Below, piece after piece: positions 55,422 through 64,000 of a DNA stretch of 64,000 nucleotides. The DNA comes from a virus (lineage: Duplodnaviria; Caudoviricetes). The stretch is from the IMG/VR virus record IMGVR_UViG_3300042291_000844, positions 128,001 to 192,000 of that record; one strand, written 5' to 3'. The translations under genes were made by a program, and so were the position numbers. How positions within the stretch are numbered: the first letter of the stretch is position 1; every line of letters begins with the position of its first letter. Under the pieces are notes generated by a model, which was not told the DNA's origin, did not search any database, and saw only the letters and a program-made list of their open reading frames with translations.

Positions 55422-55454
55422 TATTTAACCATTTATTTTTGAACTATTTTAGGC

Positions 55455-55670
55455 AAAAAATAACCCATCCCGCGGAGGCTAATCTCGAGATGGGTAGTTC
55501 AGAATGAACATTTCAGGATAGGAGAGAATGAGAGGCCTCCCTTTAACTACTTCATAACTAACCCCTTAGCTATGAGTAGGGTAATAGACACCCGTGTGGT
55601 AATACCCGCGGGATTTACAACTATATCTTCCGGCATCCTAGAGTACACTCAATCGGATGACCTATTCTTA
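55455..55670 (-). ncRNA. Candidate ~215 nt early small RNA
   Basis: Bounded by a promoter and an ACCCATC...GATGGGT hairpin with T tract; no ORF. Confidence 0.4.
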
Positions 55671-55675
55671 TAAAG

Positions 55676-55707
55676 CTAAGATACGAATAAAAATCCGTAT
55701 TTCCAAA
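55676..55707 (-). promoter_or_regulatory. Bacteroidota-type promoter
   Basis: TTTG-N20-TATCTTAG. Confidence 0.8.
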
Positions 55708-55722
55708 TTTAATGTGTAAAAA

Positions 55723-55747
55723 AATGGGACCTATTACAGTCCCATTT
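55723..55747 (-). terminator. Intrinsic terminator
   Basis: AATGGGAC...GTCCCATT followed by a T tract. Confidence 0.7.
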
Positions 55748-55773
55748 GTTATTACCTAACCATTAGATGCTAA

Positions 55774-55995
55774 TTAAGCAGCCAATAATTCTTTTCTAGC
55801 GATACGTGCCTTATTCAAAGACTTCGTAGATACTGAAAATTTCTCACCCTCAACAGCTACACGTACTCTGTAACTTACGTTACCAGTAGGGCTAGTGATT
55901 TTTTGGATGTTTGATTGAACTGACTCATACTGAGTTTTTCTCTTTGCAGATGCCTTCTTTGAAGTTGTCCCTGCTTTCTTTGAGATTTTTGTCAT
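55774..55995 (-). CDS. Small basic protein, AP2/Arm-like DNA-binding fold candidate
   Basis: Lys-rich tail; SYRVRV...G..FS..TK....AR.AR. Confidence 0.6.
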   Translation of the reverse strand: MTKISKKAGTTSKKASAKRKTQYESVQSNIQKITSPTGNVSYRVRVAVEGEKFSVSTKSLNKARIARKELLAA

Positions 55996-56071
55996 AGTGT
56001 TTATGATTTAATGGCCTGTGTTGAATAGGGGTCCCAAGCCTTTACCCCATTTATTAATGTTGTTTACTTAG

Positions 56072-56103
56072 TAAAGATACGACAATTATTTGATACTACC
56101 AAA
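56072..56103 (-). promoter_or_regulatory. Bacteroidota-type promoter
   Basis: TTTG-N20-TATCTTTA. Confidence 0.75.
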
Positions 56104-56194
56104 TATTTGGGTAACTATTTTTTGGATTACTTCCCATAGGGTAGGTTGTTCCATTGTTATTACGTCCACATAGGACTGAATACGTCTACTCATA

Positions 56195-56395
56195 TTATCG
56201 GTTTTCGTTTAAGGTGAATAGGGATTTGGGTAGTGGAGTATGTGATTCAATGACACCCAATAGATATCCAGCTCTTTCAGCTATTCTATTTATCTCACTC
56301 TCTTCACGGTCTCTAATCCATGTATCACTATTGAACATTTCGGATAATGCTATCTTAAGCACCTCCACGTGTTCGGGGGTTAAATTCAATTTCAT
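56195..56395 (-). CDS. Hypothetical protein
   Basis: ORF track. Confidence 0.55.
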   Translation of the reverse strand: MKLNLTPEHVEVLKIALSEMFNSDTWIRDREESEINRIAERAGYLLGVIESHTPLPKSLFTLNENR

Positions 56396-56396
56396 A

Positions 56397-56648
56397 TTAA
56401 TCGTTTATAAATTTACCATCTATGAAGAGGATGTTGGTATCATCTTCCAATAGGATGTTATAGTACCCATCGTTGAAATTGGTTAAACATACATCCAACC
56501 ATTCATAGTTGATATTGTTGGTATCCAACCACTTATCGAATTTAACGGCATCTATGCCTTTACTATTGGCTTTCTGAATAATCTCTTGAGTTGTCATATT
56601 ACTTGTGTTTAATGTGTTGTAAGGTGGTTTTAAAAAAGGCGTATCCAA
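56397..56648 (-). CDS. Hypothetical protein (start probably MTTQEI)
   Basis: ORF track. Confidence 0.55.
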   Translation of the reverse strand: MDTPFLKPPYNTLNTSNMTTQEIIQKANSKGIDAVKFDKWLDTNNINYEWLDVCLTNFNDGYYNILLEDDTNILFIDGKFIND

Positions 56649-56722
56649 CGATGGTTACTACTGCGATTAATACCGCTTCTAAAATTGTAATGTGTGTGTT
56701 CATATCTCTCATTGTTATAAAG

Positions 56723-56754
56723 CTAAGATACGGCAGTTTTTCCGTATTTCCAAA
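56723..56754 (-). promoter_or_regulatory. Bacteroidota-type promoter (TTAG variant)
   Basis: TTTG-N20-TATCTTAG. Confidence 0.75.
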
Positions 56755-56826
56755 TTATCCACCTGGTTTTTTAAAAGTTCTTGATTGAGTATCAATGGGT
56801 TAGCTAAGTGGTTGACTACCAATGGG

Positions 56827-57105
56827 TTAATTAGTTATTACGACCGGTTGACCATTCATTGCGTACGCACATCGGTAACCATATTCAGGTAGAGTGACGT
56901 GGTATATCCCTTTATTAAAATCAGTAGGGGATGTGACCAACGAAACTGTTTGTATTCCTGCCAGTTCGCAGTACGCTTGAAATTCATTAGGTTTCATACC
57001 CGGTCCACCTTCGGTGATATTGACTAGGTTCATTAGGGATTTCAGACGGCTCATAGTGTTAGGGGTTATGTTCATAGGATTAGGGGTTAGGGGTTTCTCT
57101 CTCAT
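56827..57105 (-). CDS. Hypothetical early protein (start MREKPL)
   Basis: ORF-track extension runs through the promoter, so the start was moved. Confidence 0.55.
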   Translation of the reverse strand: MREKPLTPNPMNITPNTMSRLKSLMNLVNITEGGPGMKPNEFQAYCELAGIQTVSLVTSPTDFNKGIYHVTLPEYGYRCAYAMNGQPVVITN

Positions 57106-57112
57106 TACAAAG

Positions 57113-57144
57113 CTAATATACAAATAATATCTGATACTACCAAA
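57113..57144 (-). promoter_or_regulatory. Bacteroidota-type promoter (TTAG variant)
   Basis: TTTG-N20-TATATTAG. Confidence 0.75.
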
Positions 57145-57175
57145 TTTATTTGAAATCAATCTCTCTGACTATCAG

Positions 57176-57607
57176 TTAGTTAGAGTTTCGGTAATTAGAA
57201 CGATATTTCTTATTGACTCTATGTCCCACCTTATTATAGATTTCATAAGATATCATACCAGATGATGTATTCATATAGAACCAATCCCACGTCTCATCAG
57301 AATAGAACCTATCCCAATTAGGACCTTTCTCTAACATCTTTTCAGTAGGGTTATATACAATCACCCCAATCTCTTTCAGACTCTTATATACACAAGAGTA
57401 GTATCCGGGAGAACTCTCACCCATCTCGTGGATAACATTCGTCCACTTCGGTTTAGATAGAAACTCTACTACGTTCACTAGGGGATGGTACACTCTGAGT
57501 AAGTATCTTTTATTTACTTCGCTCCAGTAGGTACTATATAACTTATCTTCAAATAGGTCATTACTAATTTTATCAAAAATTAATGTACTTCGGTTTAAAC
57601 TATTCAT
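57176..57607 (-). CDS. Hypothetical early protein
   Basis: ORF track. Confidence 0.6.
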   Translation of the reverse strand: MNSLNRSTLIFDKISNDLFEDKLYSTYWSEVNKRYLLRVYHPLVNVVEFLSKPKWTNVIHEMGESSPGYYSCVYKSLKEIGVIVYNPTEKMLEKGPNWDRFYSDETWDWFYMNTSSGMISYEIYNKVGHRVNKKYRSNYRNSN

Positions 57608-57618
57608 TGTATAGGGGT

Positions 57619-57858
57619 TTATTTGTTTGTAAAAAGTTTATCAATAGTAGAAGGAGAGTAATCAGATAGTGAAAGGAAGTTCACTAGGTTACATACACTA
57701 TCGTAACTCAACCTCGTCCAATTGACTTCGGTTCTTAACTCATCCAGTACCATACTGATGGTATAAGGAAAAGAAGGTTCAGTACTTAATAGATACTCCA
57801 GATGATTTGGATTCAATCGGTAGTAAAGGGAATTAGGGTTGTATTTCATATCTCTCAT
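57619..57858 (-). CDS. Hypothetical early protein
   Basis: Starts ATGAGAGATATG after promoter. Confidence 0.6.
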   Translation of the reverse strand: MRDMKYNPNSLYYRLNPNHLEYLLSTEPSFPYTISMVLDELRTEVNWTRLSYDSVCNLVNFLSLSDYSPSTIDKLFTNK

Positions 57859-57868
57859 TGTTATAAAG

Positions 57869-57900
57869 CTAATCTACACATAATATTCCACATTTCCAAA
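57869..57900 (-). promoter_or_regulatory. Bacteroidota-type promoter (TTAG variant)
   Basis: TTTG-N20-TAGATTAG. Confidence 0.75.
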
Positions 57901-58132
57901 TATTTTGCCATTTATTTTACTGACAATTTGTCTTCCAGTGCTAAGCGATTGAGAATCAACCGCTTTATTTTCCCAAAATAATCCAACCTGGTTAACATAA
58001 TGCAAATTATATAACAAATAAATCCCCCTAAAATACAAATGATATAACGCACTGACGATCAAGGAGTTATGCAGTCACGAAGGAAAGTGAACTGGGTCGT
58101 TACAGTCAAACGCACTCCGCCCACCCACCCTA

Positions 58133-58164
58133 TAAAGGTACGGAAAAAAATCCACATTTCCAAA
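58133..58164 (-). promoter_or_regulatory. Bacteroidota-type promoter
   Basis: TTTG-N20-TACCTTTA. Confidence 0.65.
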
Positions 58165-58944
58165 TAAAAGAGATGACAATGTGTCCGATTTGAGCGATTT
58201 GCAATATCATCAAGGAATCCCCCAATGCGTTGACTCGATTGCAATCCGGAGTGAAATGGCACTATGACATAATGTCCGAATCACAAATGTGGATAACTCG
58301 TATACAAATGTGAATAACGTGTGTAAAAATAAGCGATAGAAAATTTTTTTATGTGCAAACAAAGGTGTAGTGGCCTCTCCCTTAATACAATATAGTGTCA
58401 TAGGGTGGGAGGTTGTGGGAAAATGTGTCATAAATTATTATGATTGGCGGTGCATTGTGCAACTACTTAACTAATGGAGAAGCCGTAGGATAGTGATAAG
58501 ACCCGCTTAACTCCTTATAGAGAGGTTAATTCCAATGGGGTGGTATAATTTCACCGCATGGGCATGGAATCCCCTTAAAACCCCTCGATATCCTCACCTC
58601 TCAGCACTCTCGAGTACCCCCAGCAGTGTGAGCTAAATACCATGAGTGAATCCCTCGTGAGTGACGGGTTGGTACTCTTTTCTTTGTACTATCTCGACTA
58701 TATAGACTATGGTGTGTATCCGTACTGGGTGTGTTATCGTATGGACATAAAAAAAGGATATCCTCATTTCATCTGAGTGTATCCTTTGTACTGTCTTATT
58801 GATTACTCTCCCCTATACTATGGTATGAGTCATTATCCTCTTTAGTGTTACGCAATTCCTTATTTATTTGACCTCTCCCAACACGTCGGACATTCCCCTT
58901 CCACTTTTATGAGTGTCCCACATATCGTACATAGTTCGTTTTGT

Positions 58945-59139
58945 TTACCCATGTGTATTCCTATTCCTTTTACGTGTCGTTAATTCCTTTGCATCCCTTC
59001 CCATTGCGGAGTACATAAATCTTACCCATGCAAGGGGATATCGAAGGAGGTATTGGATTCGAGGCGTTCCTCTCATAAATTGATTACTCCTCTCTACGAA
59101 CCATAAGTGATTCTCTACAAATTTTACTAGCCATTTCAT
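58945..59139 (-). CDS. Small basic hypothetical protein
   Basis: ORF track. Confidence 0.5.
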   Translation of the reverse strand: MKWLVKFVENHLWFVERSNQFMRGTPRIQYLLRYPLAWVRFMYSAMGRDAKELTTRKRNRNTHG

Positions 59140-59543
59140 AACCTTATTATTTATTTTGTTCTTTTAGATTTATGATTAGGTGGTTTATTAACTCATCCCA
59201 ACTTTCCGCTTTATCCATTACTATTCTATTGTATTCACTTAGTACCTTATGGAGTTGCTCCTCACTTAATAGGATACCATGTTGTACTCCTATTTCTTTA
59301 ATATCGTTTATACTTACATTCATATTACTATCAAAAAAATCCTAGTTGACGACTCCGGCCGAACCATACGACCAAAGTCGATGTTACGGATTGAGTGGGG
59401 TTAATATCATTATAAGGAGTGATATTAGTATTACTGCTACCACCACCTCCGTCATATATTCTATATTCCCTTTGGATTCGTTTTTATTCTTTATCATAAC
59501 GGTCTTTGGTTACGGCCTTCGTATTAGTTTGGCCAATTGGGGT

Positions 59544-59735
59544 TTAATCTAAATACTCAATTGATTCCGTTACGATGGTTGCAAGACAATAAAATATGAT
59601 TGCCGGAAATGGGGTGAATACACTTGCTAGAAATAATACCCTCCAAATTGCAACATCACTATTAGTGTATCTTGCTAATCCACTACATACTCCCCATATC
59701 TTTTTATCCAATTCACTTCTATAATATTTTTTCAT
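59544..59735 (-). CDS. pspC: PspC-domain protein
   Basis: YRS..DKKIWGVCSGLA.Y...DV...RV.F. Confidence 0.9.
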   Translation of the reverse strand: MKKYYRSELDKKIWGVCSGLARYTNSDVAIWRVLFLASVFTPFPAIIFYCLATIVTESIEYLD

Positions 59736-59891
59736 ATTACCATCGTTGTTTTTTGTTAACTCCTATCCATGTATCTCGTTTCTTATCGTTTACCTCTTTG
59801 ATTTTTGGACGGGGTTTTAATTTTATTTTTACGGGAGTTTCAATATTCTCCCACTTCTCTATATTGTTGGGGTCGATTCGTGCCATATCGG

Positions 59892-60203
59892 TTACAATAA
59901 AAATTCAGTATCGTCACCGGTTGAATAAGGTATATATTGAGAAACAAATTCTTGATGGTTTCTCCACCTTTCTGCATCTTCTCTTAGTTGACGAATCTCA
60001 TCTCTCAATTCTACTGCTTCTGCATGTAATTGTTGAATCTCTGCTTTTAATCTTTCATTATCTCCTTGTATATTAAGGATTTGCAATTGGTAAACTCTAT
60101 TGTTACCATCTTCATATACTCCCATGTGTTTGTCTATGTTTTGTGTGTAGGTTGTTCCATCACTCAATGGAAAGGTTTTCGTTAAATAATCCTCACGATT
60201 CAT
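59892..60203 (-). CDS. Coiled-coil hypothetical protein
   Basis: Heptad pattern. Confidence 0.6.
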   Translation of the reverse strand: MNREDYLTKTFPLSDGTTYTQNIDKHMGVYEDGNNRVYQLQILNIQGDNERLKAEIQQLHAEAVELRDEIRQLREDAERWRNHQEFVSQYIPYSTGDDTEFLL

Positions 60204-60349
60204 TTACTTCGTTTCTAATTTATTTATCCAAAGATTTAGTTGTTCACATATTTTTGGATAGTTACCAGTCGATGCAAAGTAAGCCCAAATCTTATATAGT
60301 ATTGCTATTGTTAATTTTTTCATAGTATTGTGTGTTATATTATTAAATA

Positions 60350-61072
60350 TCACCCTAATTCATTTATTAAAAAATTTCCCCATTCTACGTGTGCTTCTGC
60401 AGTTGGGTGGTTACGTGGTAATAATTCTACATGTCCTTGTTTGAAATTATAATCATACATTGTATGTTTTTTAAAATCAGTAGGTAATCCATCCCATAAT
60501 ACTTCCAAATCCAGTTGATAATTAAATCTACTAAACTTATCAATTTTAGTTAGGGGTTCGGTTGGTAATTCATACTGATAAAAAGTATTAAAGAAATAGT
60601 AAGGGATTTTATGTTTAGATAAAAATGCAGATAAGGCAGTAATCTGATTAAAGGTTTTTATATATGATGGTATAATATGGGTTTGATTTAGGACAAACTC
60701 ATCTTCAGTTGTCTTATCCCTATCATTCTCACCCCATTTATCATATCCTACCCATAATCGCTCTTGTTGATATTCCGTACCATTCCACCATTCAAATCGG
60801 GTTGGTGCAGTCCATCCTATTACTATTATCAATTCATCAGATTTTACCCAACCAGTTTCTTCACTCCATATAGTTTTATCGGATAACCAACGGGATACAT
60901 CTCTAATTGTTTGACGATAGATATAATCATTTGAAACTCCGGCAGTTGCATTGTTGCAATCTATCCATCCATAATGTTTTGCAATATGATGTGAAAATCG
61001 TTGGGTTTCTTTATCCTCTAACTCTGCACCCCATACTACGGAATCACCATGTGTGTATAGTACTTTACTCAT
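60350..61072 (-). CDS. SGNH-like hydrolase/acyltransferase
   Basis: HGDSVVWG, G.SN, IGWT.P.RFE, HPT..AH. Confidence 0.75.
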   Translation of the reverse strand: MSKVLYTHGDSVVWGAELEDKETQRFSHHIAKHYGWIDCNNATAGVSNDYIYRQTIRDVSRWLSDKTIWSEETGWVKSDELIIVIGWTAPTRFEWWNGTEYQQERLWVGYDKWGENDRDKTTEDEFVLNQTHIIPSYIKTFNQITALSAFLSKHKIPYYFFNTFYQYELPTEPLTKIDKFSRFNYQLDLEVLWDGLPTDFKKHTMYDYNFKQGHVELLPRNHPTAEAHVEWGNFLINELG

Positions 61073-61701
61073 TACTGATATATTTTTTGTGTGCTCAAAT
61101 CATTATACAACCAACTACCACCACAATGTGGATTATTTGAATGTATCTTTGATGAATGAAATATTTCTAATCCTCTCTGTGCTTGTTCTGGTGACATGTA
61201 CATATGCCAACCTATACAATCAAACTCATCCTCTTTATATAATTTGTATTTATGTCTGCCATCGTATATCATCGGTCTTGCCCACTCATTGAATTTTTCA
61301 TCATCAGTAAGTATCATACCACCTTGTCCAATATTTAGGATTTTCTTAATGTGAAACGATAATATCATATAATTTTCACCATCGTACATTCCTTGATGAA
61401 ATGCAGTTGCTGCATCTACTATTGGTGCACCATCGAATTTATATAAACCATCCCATTCGTAATCTTCGAATACCGGTTTGTTACCAGATAGGATAATTTG
61501 GTTTGGTACGGATACATAAGTTCGTGCAGGTATTCCAATTTCTTGACCGGTTATACCCAAATAGTGTAATACCAAGCGAATTGCATTAGAATTTGAATCA
61601 CATGCGATACCATACTTTGAACCACAATAATCTGCTATTTCATTTTCAAAGTGGGTAACCCAATCCCAACTATCATTTATTGTATAATCTCTCATATTCA
61701 T
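61072..61701 (-). CDS. DegT/DnrJ/EryC1/StrS-family PLP aminotransferase, compact form
   Basis: FE.EIA.Y.G..Y..A..S.S.A; VDAA; SFH..K....G.GG..LT. Confidence 0.85.
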   Translation of the reverse strand: MNMRDYTINDSWDWVTHFENEIADYCGSKYGIACDSNSNAIRLVLHYLGITGQEIGIPARTYVSVPNQIILSGNKPVFEDYEWDGLYKFDGAPIVDAATAFHQGMYDGENYMILSFHIKKILNIGQGGMILTDDEKFNEWARPMIYDGRHKYKLYKEDEFDCIGWHMYMSPEQAQRGLEIFHSSKIHSNNPHCGGSWLYNDLSTQKIYQ

Positions 61702-62485
61702 TTAATATTAATTTTGCAAAATAATTTGATGCGTATTCATTCGGATGACCACCATTACCTTGTGTATATTTGTTATATTTTAAAGGGTCTAATAACATAT
61801 GTACAGCCATTGTGTTTCCATAAAACGATATCCATCGTTCATCGTTAAATATCTTATCAATTACTTCTTGATTTAAAATACACGACATATGACTTGACCG
61901 GATTATTGGTTCATTTAAATGTATATCGACGTGAGTATTTTTTAATATAATTTTATCATTATTAATAACTACTTTACTATCAGCAATTGCATCAAAAAAT
62001 AAATAAGGAATTTTATGTAATTCTAAAAAGTTTTTTAAATTTAACATTGCTACATATGTTTCATATACAGCATAATTCCAAGTTGAAAATAAGGGTGATA
62101 AGATATCTCGATGTTCCATAACATAACCATGATATGAATCAATTCCACGAGATTTCCAATCACCTTTCTGGCCATCATGGATAAAATCTTGAGGACGGAT
62201 TGTTATTATTTCATGATAATCATTTTTATGCAAAAACGTACCCAACATTCTAGTAATTTCTGACCATGCAACTACTACTATTGAATTTGATATTAGTTCT
62301 GGATTAGTGGTTAGATATCCAATTATGCTAGTTGATATATAAGAATTACCCGCACCACCCTGTGCACGATTATGTAATTTCAACCCCATCATTTCACTTA
62401 AATAAGTTGCCCAACTACCTTTTGCTTCTAAGGTATGACCTTTTGTGAATGAACACCCGGATACTATTAAGTTTGTTTTATCCAT
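61673..62485 (-). CDS. SGNH-like protein (GCSF variant)
   Basis: SGCSFT, GGAGN..I, WSE..R, GGHPN. Confidence 0.75.
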   Translation of the reverse strand: MDKTNLIVSGCSFTKGHTLEAKGSWATYLSEMMGLKLHNRAQGGAGNSYISTSIIGYLTTNPELISNSIVVVAWSEITRMLGTFLHKNDYHEIITIRPQDFIHDGQKGDWKSRGIDSYHGYVMEHRDILSPLFSTWNYAVYETYVAMLNLKNFLELHKIPYLFFDAIADSKVVINNDKIILKNTHVDIHLNEPIIRSSHMSCILNQEVIDKIFNDERWISFYGNTMAVHMLLDPLKYNKYTQGNGGHPNEYASNYFAKLILNEYERLYNK

Positions 62486-63395
62486 ATATTAATGGCATTA
62501 ATTCTTCTTTAACAAATTTTTCCATCATTTGAGGTGATGGATGACCCCAACCATTAGGTTGCTCTTTTAAATATTCCTCAAATGAAATATCCTTTGTTTC
62601 TTGAAATGGATTTATATCTTCGTAATTATCAAGTGTCCATTCTAATAATCCACAATAATTTTTATAGTGCCAGTGGTTTGGGGTATTTATTGGTAATGAA
62701 TCGATATAAGGTTTCAGAACTTCATACTCATTAAACCATAATGATTTAGTTGTTGCATCGGAATCATTATCAGGTGCACCGAAATGACATTGATATGCTT
62801 CCTTTGAATATGGATTTCGCATACTCATATAGTAAGTTTGAATTCCCAACTCTTTACATTCCTTTTCTAATAATGTCCATAATTCTAACCAATGCATTGT
62901 TTGGTTTATGATATTATTCCAATTGATATCCAATTCCCAATATTTTATTGCATTGGGTATATTAAAATATTCAATAGCAGAATCAGGTCCATCAGGTGGA
63001 CAATATCCACCAGTTAAAAAAAAGACACCATTTTCAGTTTCCCATTTTGGAGTGTATACCAATGTATGGCCTAAATGATGTTGTTCTTTTGTAAATTTTT
63101 TAGTTAAATAGATTGATTGTCTTGTAGGGTCAGACCATTGAGTTATTAGAGTTATATCTGTTGGATTAACTCCATCTGATATCAATCGTTTTAAATGATA
63201 TAATTGAATCCTACACATTGATACGTTATCATTAGTTGCACCACCATAATTTAGAACTTCATATTCTCTACCCAATTCTTTACCTAAAAAGTATGGCCAA
63301 GATAGACGATTTTCGTCAAGATTTGATTTTGGATTATTCGGGTCTAATCTTAGATTATTAGTAAATGAACAGCCAGTTGTTATAACATATTTCAT
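62478..63395 (-). CDS. SGNH-like protein (GCSF variant)
   Basis: TGCSFT, GG..N, QWS...R, WGHPS. Confidence 0.75.
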   Translation of the reverse strand: MKYVITTGCSFTNNLRLDPNNPKSNLDENRLSWPYFLGKELGREYEVLNYGGATNDNVSMCRIQLYHLKRLISDGVNPTDITLITQWSDPTRQSIYLTKKFTKEQHHLGHTLVYTPKWETENGVFFLTGGYCPPDGPDSAIEYFNIPNAIKYWELDINWNNIINQTMHWLELWTLLEKECKELGIQTYYMSMRNPYSKEAYQCHFGAPDNDSDATTKSLWFNEYEVLKPYIDSLPINTPNHWHYKNYCGLLEWTLDNYEDINPFQETKDISFEEYLKEQPNGWGHPSPQMMEKFVKEELMPLIYG

Positions 63396-63408
63396 ATAAT
63401 ATTTTTAA

Positions 63409-64000
63409 TTATCCAAGTACACTAATTATCTTATCACTAATACCATAAGTATCTGAAAAGCTGGTATATACAATCTCATTTGGATGTAATCCATACCACA
63501 AATTACCACGTTCTATTGGATTTTCATTATATAAAAATTCATTTCCTTTGAATTTATCTATTGAATATTCATCAATTCCTCCGTAATTATTACCAGGTGT
63601 TTTATGAAAAACAAAATTATCTAAATCAATAATATTCCATAAATAGTTACAATAATCGGACATATCTTTAATATTCAATGTATCAGTTAAATCGGGAGTA
63701 TTTGGGCCGATGGTTGATGAGTAAAGATGTTTAAAATCAGCATACCAACCTTCAAATACATTATTCATCATAAATAAAGTATGACCTATTTTATGCGTTT
63801 TTAAAAATGATTGAAGAATTACAACATTTTCTAAATAAATTTCAAAATTTTGAATTGGTAATCTACTATTATTTATATTAGATATTTGATTTTTTTCCCA
63901 ATCCATAATAGTTTTTTCCATATGGATTAATGAAGTTACCACATGATTTCCTATTTTATAACGAGTCTTATATTCATCGGATAAATCAGATAAAAGATAA
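63409..64000 (-). CDS. SGNH-like protein, 5' end beyond window
   Basis: Frame open to the window edge; GGIDE, GLHPN. Confidence 0.65.
   Translation of the reverse strand, partial: YLLSDLSDEYKTRYKIGNHVVTSLIHMEKTIMDWEKNQISNINNSRLPIQNFEIYLENVVILQSFLKTHKIGHTLFMMNNVFEGWYADFKHLYSSTIGPNTPDLTDTLNIKDMSDYCNYLWNIIDLDNFVFHKTPGNNYGGIDEYSIDKFKGNEFLYNENPIERGNLWYGLHPNEIVYTSFSDTYGISDKIISVLG

Noticed and set aside
57874-58431. Three short minus-strand ORFs
   Set aside because: Run through promoters and operator-like boxes; atypical composition.
41201-61848. Further plus-strand ORFs (e.g. 43180-43602, 48854-49207, 59672-60076)
   Set aside because: Antisense to well-supported genes.
1-64000. Stop-codon reassignment (as in Lak and some crAss-like phages)
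   Set aside because: Known families are full length in code 11; TAG and TGA end genes at coupled junctions; no suppressor tRNA found.
1-64000. CRISPR array
   Set aside because: Recurring repeats are promoters or tRNA T arms; no regular repeat-spacer periodicity.
1-64000. Bacterial chromosome, prophage or eukaryotic giant virus origin
   Set aside because: No housekeeping operons, integrase or att site; bacterial-type promoters, tmRNA and operon coupling argue against a eukaryotic virus.

Overview
AT-rich segment of a large, probably lytic, tailed phage of Bacteroidota. The host call rests on 23 copies of the Bacteroidota housekeeping promoter, TTTG-N20-TAnnTT(T/A)(G/A), all on the minus strand. 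Almost every gene is on the minus strand and reads in genetic code 11. In coordinate order the window holds: (1) a helicase/UV-repair/Fe-S block; (2) a 10 kb cluster of tailoring enzymes (radical SAM, 2OG-Fe(II) oxygenases, SGNH hydrolases, sulfotransferase-like proteins) that share a C-terminal [LI][LI] tail and surround a circularly permuted ATP-grasp-Hint-Cys-rich-peptide fusion; (3) stress and lipoprotein genes; (4) an RNA end-healing/ligase trio; (5) an array of tRNAs covering all 20 amino acids, plus tmRNA, a ~850 nt GOLLD-like RNA and several atypical tRNA-like RNAs; (6) three plus-strand genes with a shared N-terminal motif; (7) an early region of promoter-cassette genes; (8) a ~1 kb non-coding control region; (9) a second SGNH/aminotransferase cluster. 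The top finding is an unannotated 40-codon leader ORF directly upstream of the tRNA array. It uses all 20 amino acids in its first 30 codons and carries a perfect antiterminator for the intrinsic terminator in front of the first tRNA, making it a candidate pan-tRNA-sensing attenuator. All calls come from reading the sequence; no searches were run.
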